Shown here one piece after another: positions 1 to 12,000 of a stretch of 64,000 nt of DNA. Position numbers and translations under genes: made by a program. The notes under the pieces were generated by a model that did not search any database, was not told where the DNA came from, and saw only the letters and a program-made list of their open reading frames with translations. The DNA comes from Antechinus flavipes (Eukaryota): contig NC_067398.1 in the NCBI RefSeq assembly GCF_016432865.1, forward strand, positions 657,572,001-657,636,000, read 5' to 3'. Numbering within the stretch: the stretch's first letter is position 1; each line of letters begins with the position of its first letter.

Positions 1-69
1 TCACCACAGCACCCCACGGTATCCTGGACCTCAAGGACTGCATCCCCAATAGGGCCCCTCCCCAGTTAC

Positions 70-3000
70 CTGAGCTGTGTCGGCCGCAGGGAGGAACCCT
101 CCCCAGACACTCCTTGTGAGCAGGTGCCCGGCAGCGGTGGCAGCGGTATCCCTGGTAGAAAGTGCCTCTGGGGGACGGGAGGGGGTAGGTGAGTGAGTTC
201 AGCCTGCCTGCCCCTGAATCCCTCACTCTCCCTCCTCTAGCTTGGGTGGGAGTGGGAGAAGAGGTAACAGAGTGTCAGAATTAGAAGGGACCTCCCCAGC
301 TCACTCACATTGTAACTGGGGAAACTGAGGGCAGAACAAAGAATTTGGTCTCAAACCTCTGAGCTCCAGGCCTTTTATCATGTACTCATCCCCCCCACTC
401 CCTAGTCCTTAGGAACCCAGGCCATGGGGCCCACCAGCCAGGACTTGGGGCCTTGTTCTGCAGGGAAAGAATCTGGACCTCTGACTTTCCCAGCCCCACC
501 AGTCAGCCCAGGAAGCCCCCACCTCAGCAGCATCTGGCAGGCTTTGCAGGAGGCCGTCTCCTCGAAGGAGAACATCTGGAAGTCGTGGCCATTGGCCGTA
601 GCATTCTCAGGATAAATGTTGGACCTGGAGGCAGTGGGAGAAGGGAGGTCAGGTCTGGCCCGAGGGATAGTGAAGGGAAAGGAGGTGGGGACCAGGAGCA
701 CACAAGTCCCCCTAGGACTCCCGCACATACATTCACAGAGCTGCCAAAGCTCTCGGGACATTTAGTCAGCCCTTCAAAGGCCCTGAAAGAAGGAACCTGG
801 CTGAGGGGACACAGAATCGGGGGCAGAGCTAGGAGTGGAAACTAGACTTCCTGCTCATCCCCACCCACAATCCCCTTCATTCAGTACCCTTCCCTCTCCC
901 CCAACCCTCTGCCTCTCTGGGACCTTGCCAGATTCCTGTATGGGAAGGTAAGGGGCTGTAACCCGGCACCCTCACCAGGGCAGAGAAAGGGGGGGGGGTC
1001 TGGGGCCAGTCCTCACAGAGCCATCTCAAACTGCTCCATCCACTTCTTCTTCAGTTCCCTCGTCTTAAAGAAGAGCTCGTAGCCCTGGGTGCCCTGGTCC
1101 TCGATCAGGAGAAACATGTGTGTCCACTGCGGAGGCCGGGGAGAGATGGTCAGGGAGGGCTCTGGCTCCTGCGCTCCCCAACAGGGTCCCAGTTCCTCAG
1201 GCATGCGAACTCAGAGCCCCGGTCACACATACATGAAGGAGGTAGGGCAGTGGAGCTGCCATCTCTGGCTGAGGGCTCTCCCTGACCAGGCACACAAGAG
1301 CAGGAGCCCGAGCATCCTCAGGCAAGGTACCTTCTTGTTGTCTCGTTCCCCAGAGGAATCGTCCCGGACCTGGTAGTTGGGCAGGTTCACAAAGTCCTTT
1401 AAGTCATAGATGTCTCCTCGCCTTTTACAGATGAGCAGGGCTTTGTCCAGGAGGAAGGCGTACCTGGAGCAGGGGACAGAAGGGTCGCTGATCCCTGAAA
1501 GGCCCCGGGGGGTTGCCCGGCCAGCTTTCCCCATTCTTCCTCCGGTCTCATTTTCATTCGTTTAACAAATGTTCATTACACACCTACATGTGCCAGGGGT
1601 CTACCAGACAAAAATGAAACGTCCCCTCCCCCAAAGGAGCTTCTGTTCACTCCACTGGGGAGAAAACTACATGAACCCCAGTAATACAAACAAAATACAC
1701 ATAGACTACCAACAGGCTAATCTGGAGGCTGGGAAGGGGACACCAGGAGCTGTGGATAAGCCTCCAATACAGGAGTTCTTCAGCTGGAGTCTGCAGCCTC
1801 CAGGGATTTCATGGATAGATCTCAAAGGGTCCATGGATTTGGACTGGGGGGGAAATGCATCTTTATTGCACTATGGTGGGTTTCCTCTGTAATCCATGAC
1901 TGTGCATTTACAAACGAATGCCTAGAGGGTGTGTTATTATTAACTTTATTAAGTTATATCAATATTAATATTATTATTTATTTAATATTAATACGCTTTA
2001 ATAAGAGATCGTGCTTGAGGGCCTGGGAGCAAGCTGGGGGTTGCCAAAGGCAGAACTGGTACCTGTCTATCTTAGATCTCCTCTCAGACGTGGCGATCTT
2101 GAGCTCACCGTCGATTTTGGGCCGTCCATAGGGCGCCAGGTTCTTGGTCTAGGGGTGGAAGATGAAAAGGGACTGGCACTGGGGACGACAGAATCTCACC
2201 CATCTCCCCAGCCAGCAGCCCACAGGAGTGCCCCCTTCTCCCAGAACGGCAGTCCTCACCAAGTTCTCAATGGAGAGCTGGAAGGTGGTGATCTGCTTCA
2301 GAGTCTCATTGTCCCTCTTGACCTCATTCACACACTGGGCCAAATCCTGGAGACAAAGAAGTCAGAGCAGCCCTGAGCCAGGTGTGAGCAGTAGGGGTCC
2401 TCAGGAGGAGGAGCAGGGAGACCCCAGAACTAATAGCCAGAAGGGTCTTTCTGACAATTATCTAACTCAAGTCCTTCATGTCACAAAAGTGGAAACTCAA
2501 GAGAGGGAAGAAATATCAGAATCTGAGTCCATGTTCTCACTCAGGTCCCACGACTATGAACTGATCATTTTGTCTCCACCAGGGGATGCCTACTGTCTGT
2601 GTGTTTCTCAAGCCTTCCCCCAATACCAGGAGCCCCCCTCCTCTTCCCTCCCGTTCTCCCCCTCACCCTCATGGCATCCAGTGCCAGCCGCATATTCTCC
2701 TTCTCTAGGGCATCCGTTGTATGCTTCACCAGCTCCTGAATGAGACCAAAGGTAAGAGAAGGCTATACGTGGTCCAAGTTTTCCCTTCTCCCTCTTCCCA
2801 CATCTTTCACTAGAGAAGTGGATTCACACCGGATAAAGTGGGATAAGTGGGATAAAATATCTCTTATTTTTTTTGTGCACTCTCTCCCCCTCTCCCTCTC
2901 CCAAGTCAGTCACTCCGTTGCTTTGAGCCCCCCAAGCCAACACTGGCGCAGGTTCCTATGCCTTCTCTCCCTCCCCAGACTGAAAGGTAGAGAACTCACC

Positions 3001-6000
3001 TGAAGAAGGAGATGGTACTTCAGCACCCTCTGCATGGGCACCATGAGCAGGTCTCTCAGGGTGAACCGGCCGTTGTTTGCTCTCTGGGAACACTCCTGTG
3101 GGGAGAAGCCAGGGAAGAGCTGACATCCCACCATGTCTAACCATTCTCTGCGAAGAAAGTCAGGCTCGAGAAGCAGAGAGATGCGTGCATCTAGATAGAC
3201 AATGCTGCTCTGGGAGCCAGGGGGATGCAAGTTCAGGGCTGCGCTGGAGCCAAATCGGACCCACGCCCGTCAGAAGAAAATCTTCAGAGTAAGCATTTAC
3301 AGCTGGGAAATTCCACAAATGCTACAAGTCAGAGCTTGATTTATCCATCAATTCTTGACCGTCTAGACTGGTGGTATCGAACAGAGGGCCCCAGGACTGC
3401 ATGTGAAGATCCCTGGCGGCAGCACAATGGCTCAGAAAACAGTAAATTAACATTGTATTGATTTTGTTAAATATTTCCCAATTACATTTTACTGGTGCAG
3501 ATGTACAAGGAGGCAGCCCACAAGAAATGCGTTTGACACCTCTGGTCTAGATTTAAAGTGATGGGAAAAGTAAATAATGCAGCTTAAACTTAAAAGCAAG
3601 ACATGGGCACGGTTGATTGAGTTTTCGGCGGTGCTGGTGGGGGTGATGTTTGTTTTGTTTTATTTGAGAGTTGTTGAATAACTACCAACAACCCTGCTGT
3701 TGCCCGATTGCAAATATGCTGATAATAATTGCCAGCTGGGTGACTCTGGGCAAGTCACAGCTGCATCTCTCTGAGTCTCAGTAAGGCTAAGAATAATGCT
3801 TGTAGTACTGACGGAGAGTAGCCACAGAGCTCTTGTGAGATTCAAGAGAGATAATGTATGTAAAGCTTTTGGATAGCCTGCAAATGATATAGTTTATCAG
3901 TTATTATTCCAGCTGTGTGATCTTAGATAAGTCACTTCCTTTCCCCTGACTCAGTTCCCACATCTGTAAAGTGGAGATAATGATATTTATCCTTTGCATG
4001 GTCTATTGTGAGGAACGTGCTTTGTAAACTCGTGCGGACTGGAAGTGAAGAACTGTGACATTATCACTACAGTGCTAGCTAGTAGAAAGAATCCTAGATT
4101 AGGAATCTAGAGAGATCATTTATTAATCTGATGATCATGAACAGGCTATTTAACTTCTTTGGGTCTGTTTCTCTGTAAACTGAAGGTTTTGCATTAGATG
4201 GTCCCTCCCAGTTCCAAATTCTATTATTTATCATTTGTAGAATTTGGTAATTTCCCAAAGGCAACTCAATCTATTCTGCTGCTGCTGCTTCTAAGGTTCA
4301 AATCTGCTGCCAGCTTATTGTCCAATTCAAATCTCTGAAATATATGACATGTATGTATGCATATATATATATGTATTTTGTGCATATCCATATACCTATT
4401 CTGATAGATGAGTTCTATAGATTTTCCAACCAGCTGTAGATCAGTCAATCAATCAACAAACATCATCACTTACTATTTGCCAAGCATTGTGCTAAGTGAT
4501 GCTGATACAAAGAGAAGCAAAAACAGTCCATGTCATTTTCATCCATTTCGTTTTTCTGGATGGATAATGAGGGAAAACTCTTTTGAATGGTTATGGATCT
4601 TATCCAGAAGACCTGATGCAATTAGCACAATGTCATCCACAAAGAGTAGCATCTAGAGTTCAACATCCCATAATGGAATATGTCTTCAATTTGAACTCCA
4701 AGCTGGATTTCTTCTATGGCAGTAGTAAATAACGTAGATCTTCCTCTTTTTGGTGTTGCCTTATCTTAATGATCACAAGTTTGTCAAACAAGGATATTTA
4801 TCATATGTTTAAAAGAATCTATAATTATATTGACAGATGCATGAGATACTTTGTTGAAGGAGAGGTATTTTATCAAATTAAGTACATTTGTATAGTCAAT
4901 AAACAATAAGGGAGATCTTTATCTTTCACTTACTTGCATGATGGAAAAAATGTGCTCTGTGGTGGAATTTCATATGCAAAAATCTATGTTTCCTTCTAAT
5001 ATTCTATCAAGGATATGCTCAAAGTATACACATATGCATATAAATGTATATGTAATATATATGCAATATCTATGCAAGTGTTTATATTATAAGATTGAAG
5101 TCTATGTGCATGCTTTATATGTAACATGTGGGCATTTGTGGACATGTGTGTACCATGTGTACGCGTGTGTCACTGTATTGTGTGTACAGGTATATGGGGG
5201 TGGGTGAGTGGGTGTGTATGAGTGGATGGAAAAATAGCCTTCACTTTATTGTTCTCTCCATCATCTTTTTTTAAATGGTAATAAGGTCCAAGTTTGTTTT
5301 TCTACACTATTAGTATTTTTGCCCCCTACAGAAACTTAAAATAATTAATCCTTATTGTCCCTATAATTATACCACTTCCAGCTTAAATCTCCTTTTGGGA
5401 TATTTGTCCTAGTCCAGCTGATTTATCCATCTTTGTTTTTTTTAAGTGGCATTTCTTCCTTCTCTTTAAGCACTTCTGGAAATATAACTAATGCGTCATA
5501 CTTCTACTATCCTTGATGGTAAAAAGAGTTTTGGGTTTTATTTTAAGACCTCTTCGTATCTTTTCCATCTTCCATTTGTTGGTTATCTTCTTTCCAACCT
5601 CATTCTTGGGATGACTTTGCTTAGTTGAGTCTCTTATTATTAAACTTTCTTTAAACTGGTTTTGCCCCTCCACTTGCCACCTTCTGTCTAGAGTCTTTTT
5701 CTCTTGTCTTTCTAGATATTTTCATTCTGGATTCAACTATCATCTTTATGCACATTATTCCCAGATATACATCGCCAGTCCTCATCTCTTTCCTTGAACT
5801 TCAGTCCTATATGTCCCATTGCCTGCTCGCCATCACTTATCTTAGAACTCATTATCATTCTCCTGAAACTTCCACTCCCATAATATCTCAATTTCTATCA
5901 AAATGCCATCACTCAGTCACCCACGTTAACAACTCGGATGTTATTTTCAACTCTTCATTATCACTAATTCCCTCCAGTTATGACTTCACTTATGAAGTCA

Positions 6001-9000
6001 TAACAATTCCCCTTCCTCAACATCTCTTTCATCTACCCCTTTTTTTCTTCCCTCTAGTCACATTAAAATCACTAGTTTTTCTTTGGACTGACTTCTTTAC
6101 TGGTCACCCTTTATCCAGGCTCTCCTCTTCTTAATCCATCCTCTACACAGTTGCCAAATTAATATTTAATGTCATATATAAACTGGATTGACTTATCAGT
6201 GAATATGTTATTTGCTCTTAGAAGAATGGAAGCTCATTGCAAGAAGAGATCATTTCATTCTTTGTCCTTGTATCCCCAGCCCCTAGCAGAGTACCTGGTA
6301 CTCAAGAAGCACTTAATAAATACTTGTTGATCTATCTTCTCTCATTTTTTTAGATGCTACATCTCATAATCACCCATCATCCTTCTCTATAAGAATTTGC
6401 AAATCAGTTTATATCTTAAATGGCATAACCCACAGATGTCATATCTTTCCTCTTGGCAAATTAGTCAAGTATTTGCTAAGGCACTTTTTAGATTCCTTTG
6501 GTCTCTCTCTCTCTCTCTTTTTTTTAATGATTATTGATTGATACCAGCTAAACATCTATATGAAATTATTATAGTTTGTGTCTAGGTCCTTTCTTCCACC
6601 CATATCCCACTGTCATCATTGACCATTTGTCTAATGTAATGTAAAAAACAAGGTATCAAAATAAATTCTAATGGATGCGACTCAAGAATGAGATGATTCA
6701 GACCAGTTCCAATGGTCTTGTGATGAAGAAAGCCATCTGCATCCAGAGAGAGGATAGTAGAAATTGAGTGTGGATCACAACATAGTATTTTCACCCTTTT
6801 TGTTGTTGTTTGCTTGCATCTTATTTTCTTTCTCATTTTTTTCCGGTTTGATTTGATTTTTCTTGTACAGCAAGATAATTTTATAAATATGTATGCATAT
6901 ATTGGATTTAATATAAATTTCTACCATGTTTAACCTATATTGGGCTACTTGTCATCTAGGGAAGGGGATAGGAGAAGGAGGGGGAATTAAAACACAAGGT
7001 TTTGCAAGGGTTATTGTTGAAGAATTATCCATGCATGTTTTGAAAATAAAAAGCTTTAATAAAAAATAAGGTATCAATAAAATATTTTTAAAAGATGTTT
7101 GGCCATATCAGATTTGAGTTGTTTTTAATGTACAATAAATCTTTTCCTCATTTCTTCCTTCTAGATCTATATGACTCTTGATCTTTGCTCTATTAAGTAG
7201 GTAATCTGACTGTACACAGGCAATTAATAATTCAGAGATGATTCCTCATATGAGCAAAGGGCCATTTCTCTCTCTGTTAAATAAAATAAAGTGTATTTTC
7301 TGGGATGCTAATCAATCTTTTCCAAGGCCAGAGTCTTTCAATTTTTTTCCAAAAGAAAGCATTTATGATACATAGAAGTGAGGCTTCTAGAGCGTCCACC
7401 TGGCACATTTTCCATCATACTTTTCCCCATCCTCAACTACTTTCACTTTTGCATTGAAATTCTCAAGGATCAGAATATATGTTGATTTAATTTAAAAATT
7501 TTTACTAGGTTCTTCATAAAATTTCTCTCTTCATTCTCGACAATAAATGTTTGTGCAGAAGCTACAGTTTTTTGATGGTGGTCCTTTTTGCAAATTCTTA
7601 TCATGATTGATGTAATACCAAATAGCTAAATGTCCCATGAAATGATGCTTCTTGTTTTCTTTTGACACACCCTTAAAACCAACTCCACCAGCTCCTTTAT
7701 TTGCCTATATTAAAAAAAAAAAATCAAAACCTATGAGCCATCATTCCCATGATGTCCCAGAGGCAACTTCCTCCTTTTTTCTGGTTTTCTCCAGGGTGAG
7801 AGTGTCAAGAAGGATATGATTCAATACCCGTCAGTAGTATGTGCCATTGTTAATCATTAGACAAGGAGCACTTTTAATTGCACCACTGACAGAGGAAAAA
7901 GTTTATTCAGAGCATTAAAATTTTCAATTCTTGCCCCATCTGCTGCTTTTCTTGGTGTGTTGCCACCATTACTGCAGAAGTAAGTGAGAAATAAGGGCCA
8001 TTTTGCACTTTTGTTTCATGGGTGGTCAAAACCAAAGATCCTCAGTTGTCTGGTCTTTCCAGGTCCTGCTAGATTTATCTTCAGCAAGCATACAGAGTCT
8101 GAGATCACACTCACTGTCTTCTCTGAGAACTAGAACCTGACAGAATTTATGTTTTGCTGGCATAACCTGGAAAACTCCCAAGTCACCTTTACACCACAAT
8201 GAAGCATCAGGACTTTGAGAAAGTCCTCAGGAAAACAAAAGGCTCCATTCATTTAATACTATTGTAGTCTTCTGGTGTTCTTGTACAACTGCGAGATATG
8301 GAACATTACAATCTCTAAAGAACTGAACCTGAGTACCATCATCCTAAGGGTGATAGACACATAATGGGTTCAGGCAAACTAATACATTACCAACAGAGAA
8401 TTATGAAGAAAATTTGGGGTAATAGGAGTCATCAAGGAAATACATGAATGAAAAAAAAAAAAGATATAGTAGTGAGAATAAAGAAGAATGCAGCTCTGAA
8501 TTTGGAGTCAAAGGAGCTGAGTTCAAAATCTGCCTCTTCTACTTCTTTGCTATATAATCACAAGTAAATGATTAAACCTATTTGGATCTCAAAACAAGGG
8601 ATAGCCAATGTGCCCCCTTGATATAATCTTAATCAAGGGAAATCAAGAAAGACTTTCAGAATTTTGGATGGTCCTCTTCTGGTAGACCATAGAAAGGGAG
8701 GTAACATGAAAAAGAATTAGACAGCATAAACAGGGATAGATAGTTAGCAATCTGCACTATGAGAGAGAATATTATATTGATGAAAACACTGAGCCAGTTA
8801 GGTATTTTGAGCTATTGTTGTTGCTGGTATGATTATAGTTAGATAGCGTACACTTCAATCTAATCTTATTAGATAGACAAGCACTGGTTGTTCCTTGTTG
8901 CTATCAGTACCTCCTTTCCCACCCCACTCCAAGCCCACCAACCTCCAGCTTCATCTGCACATCCTCCCGCATATTGGCCACTCGGTCTAAATGCTTGCTG

Positions 9001-12000
9001 GCTGACTCCACCTGGCTACAGTAACGGCCATACACAAGGAACCTGTAGGGGAAGAAATGGTAAATGTTTAACAACCAGCTCTCTAAGAGAGAGGAAATGT
9101 GTCCACAACATATTTTTTAAAGTTTAATCTGTGGCTAAGATGACAGGAAAAAATAATGATGAATGTTGGAGGGGATGCGGGAAAACAGGGACACTGATGC
9201 ATTGTTGGTGGAGTTGTGAACGAACCCAACCATTCTGGAGAGCAATCTGGAATTATGCCCAAAAAGTTATCAAACTGTGCATACCCTTTGATTCAGCAGT
9301 GCTACTACTGGGCTTATACCCCAGAGAGATACTAAAGAAGGGAAAGGGGCCTGTATGTGCCAAAATGTTTGTGGCAGCCCTGTTTGTAGTGGCTAGAAAC
9401 TGGAAAATGAATGGATGCCCATCAATTGGAGAATGGCTGGGTAAATTGTGGTATATGAATGTTATGGAATATTATTGTTCTGTAAGAAATGACCAGCAGG
9501 ATGAATACAGAGAGGCTTGGAGAGACCTACATGGACTGATGCTAAGTGAGATGAGCAGAACCAGGAGATCGTTATACACTTCAACAACGATACTGTATGA
9601 GGATGTATTCTGATGGACGTGGATTTCTATGACAAAGAGACCTGAGTTTCAATGGATAAATGATGGACAGAAACAGCTACACCCAAAGAAGGAACACTGG
9701 GAAACGAATGTGAACTATTTGCATTTTTGATTTTCTTCCCGAGTTATTTTTACCTTCTGAATCCAATTCTCCCTGTGCAACAAGAGAACTGTTCGGTTCT
9801 GCAAATATGTATTGTATCTAGGATATACTGCAACATATTTAACATTTATAGGACTGCTTGCCATCTTGGGGTGGGGTGGAGGGAGGGAGGGGAAAAAATC
9901 GAAACATAAGCGAGTGCAAGGGATAATGTTGTAAAAAATTACCCTGGCATGGATTCTGTCAATATAAAGCTATTATTAAATAAAATAAAATTTAAATTAA
10001 AAAAAAGTTTAATCTGTATTGTTAGCATTTTATCCATCACATTTCTAAGTCTAGACAATTAACAAAACAATAAATTAAACTTTTATTTGTAATATTTGTC
10101 AATTTCAATGTAAATGCTTACCCTGAAAATTTAACAATCAGTTCTCAAGAGTTGAATTGGCCTAGCACATCCTTGAGAAACCAAAGGAATTTTAGTGCCT
10201 CAGCTTAAGCATCCCTTCTCCTAACCCTAAAACTCCATTGAGCTTTGGTGTACCCCCATTTGACTATGGAGGAAGTTAAAGTCCAAGGGAAAGGGAATGA
10301 TTTACTCAAACTCACACAGCCAATCAATGGGTGAATTGGACCCAGATCTGCAGTCCCCCAGTGGCTGGTGGTCAGAAAATGCTAGAGACCACATAGTATC
10401 AGCCTGGGCAGAAATAGACCCTCTAATCACCCTTCCACCTTCCAGACTCACCTCTCCTTATAGTTGATGAACACCTGATAAAGTTCTGCAGCACCACTGG
10501 CAGAAAGTGCTTCCTTCAGGTCCCTCAGGAAACTGCTATGGACACTGAGAAGGTCCTGAGCAGAAAATACAGAATCAAAGAACCTCAGAGATAATAGGGA
10601 CTTCAGGAGTCCAAGAGCTCAGATGTGTTAAACACAAGGCATATGGCACCAGATTAATATGCAATTAAGAAATATTTAACAAAATAAATAAAAATAGAAT
10701 TAAATAATATTTCATTTAGAAAGGAAGTCCATCGACAGCTGGCAGGGAGCTTCATGCATGGATTGGTAGCCCCCATTTCTATCAGAGTTTGACACCATCA
10801 CTCTGGTCCAATCCACACATGACCAGGACTCTCCTCCTAACATCCCTTGCAATCGACCATCCCTAATCCTTCTGAAAACTTCCATGAATGAAGAAACTTC
10901 CTACCTTTCTCTTTTAAAGGGCTTTGATTGTTAGGAATTTGGGAGTTTTTGCCTACATCAGACTTAAAATCTATCTCTGAGCAGCTTCCACCTAATACAT
11001 CTAGTTCTGCTGTTTCAGGACAAGCAGAACTAATAATATCATCAATCAATATCTTGTTTTTATATAGCACTCTGAGGTTGGTGAGATCTTGGCTTCTTGC
11101 ACAATAGCCTTCAAATATCTGAAAACAGATACTATGTGTCTCCCCACAGACTCCAATCTTCTCTTCTCTTCTCCAAGATAAATATCATGGAGACAACACT
11201 AAGTTAAGACTCAGAGGAGTGAGAGAACCAGAGTTCACACCTGCCCCTTACTCCTTGTATAACCACAATTCATTTATTCTCTCTAGACACAAGTTTAGCA
11301 GCTACAAAATGAAGGTTTTGAACTAAACGACCTTCAAAATCCCTTCTCAATTCTAAATCAATGATCTTTTGATATCCATTTCCTTAATCAGCCTGAAATT
11401 GCCTGGTGTCCAGATCCCTTGCTCTCCTGGTGGTCCTCTTCTGGAATTATTCCAGTTTGTTAATCTCCTTCCTAAAAATGAGACACCAGAATGGAACACA
11501 GAATTCCAGATGTAATGTGATCTGAAAGTGTACAGTACAGAAAGACCAAAATCTCCCTTCTTCTGGACACTCTTCTGCCTCTCTTAATGAAGCTAAATAT
11601 AAATATAGTGAAGCTAAATAAATAAATTGGGAAGAACTATGTTGATTTGTACATTGAGCTTGCCATTCACTAAAAAGTCCTTTTCACATAACTTATAGTT
11701 GAGCAGTTTGTTTTTTGAACTTCAACTAAATAGCTTTACATTTCGCATAAACTGTACTTGAGCAGTTTGTTTTTGAACCCCAAGTAGAGAGATTTTCATT
11801 TATCTTCATTAAATAGATGTGGGGTAGGGGGTGGGTAGAGGACTGATCTTGAGCTATGAAGGCTTGCTTAGGAACAGGTAAAACCCAGGACAGAAAAAAA
11901 TCATGAGAAGAAACAAAGTATCCCAGTGGATAGAGCCCTGTACTTGGAGTCTAGAAAACATAAGTAGAAAACCTAGCCTCAGATACTATTTAACCCTAAG

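Larger units (their letters stand above)
4520..8400 (-). mobile_element. Ancient RTE-clade LINE, fragmented and interrupted by L2/L1/SINE pieces
   Basis: Minus-strand remnants: [15 protein letters not shown] (about 4617-4655) and LFIDY (about 4900); endonuclease LENFNAKV, equivalent to GDFNAKV (7441-7467), and INAFFWKK-like NTFF motif (about 7345-7375). Confidence 0.6.
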
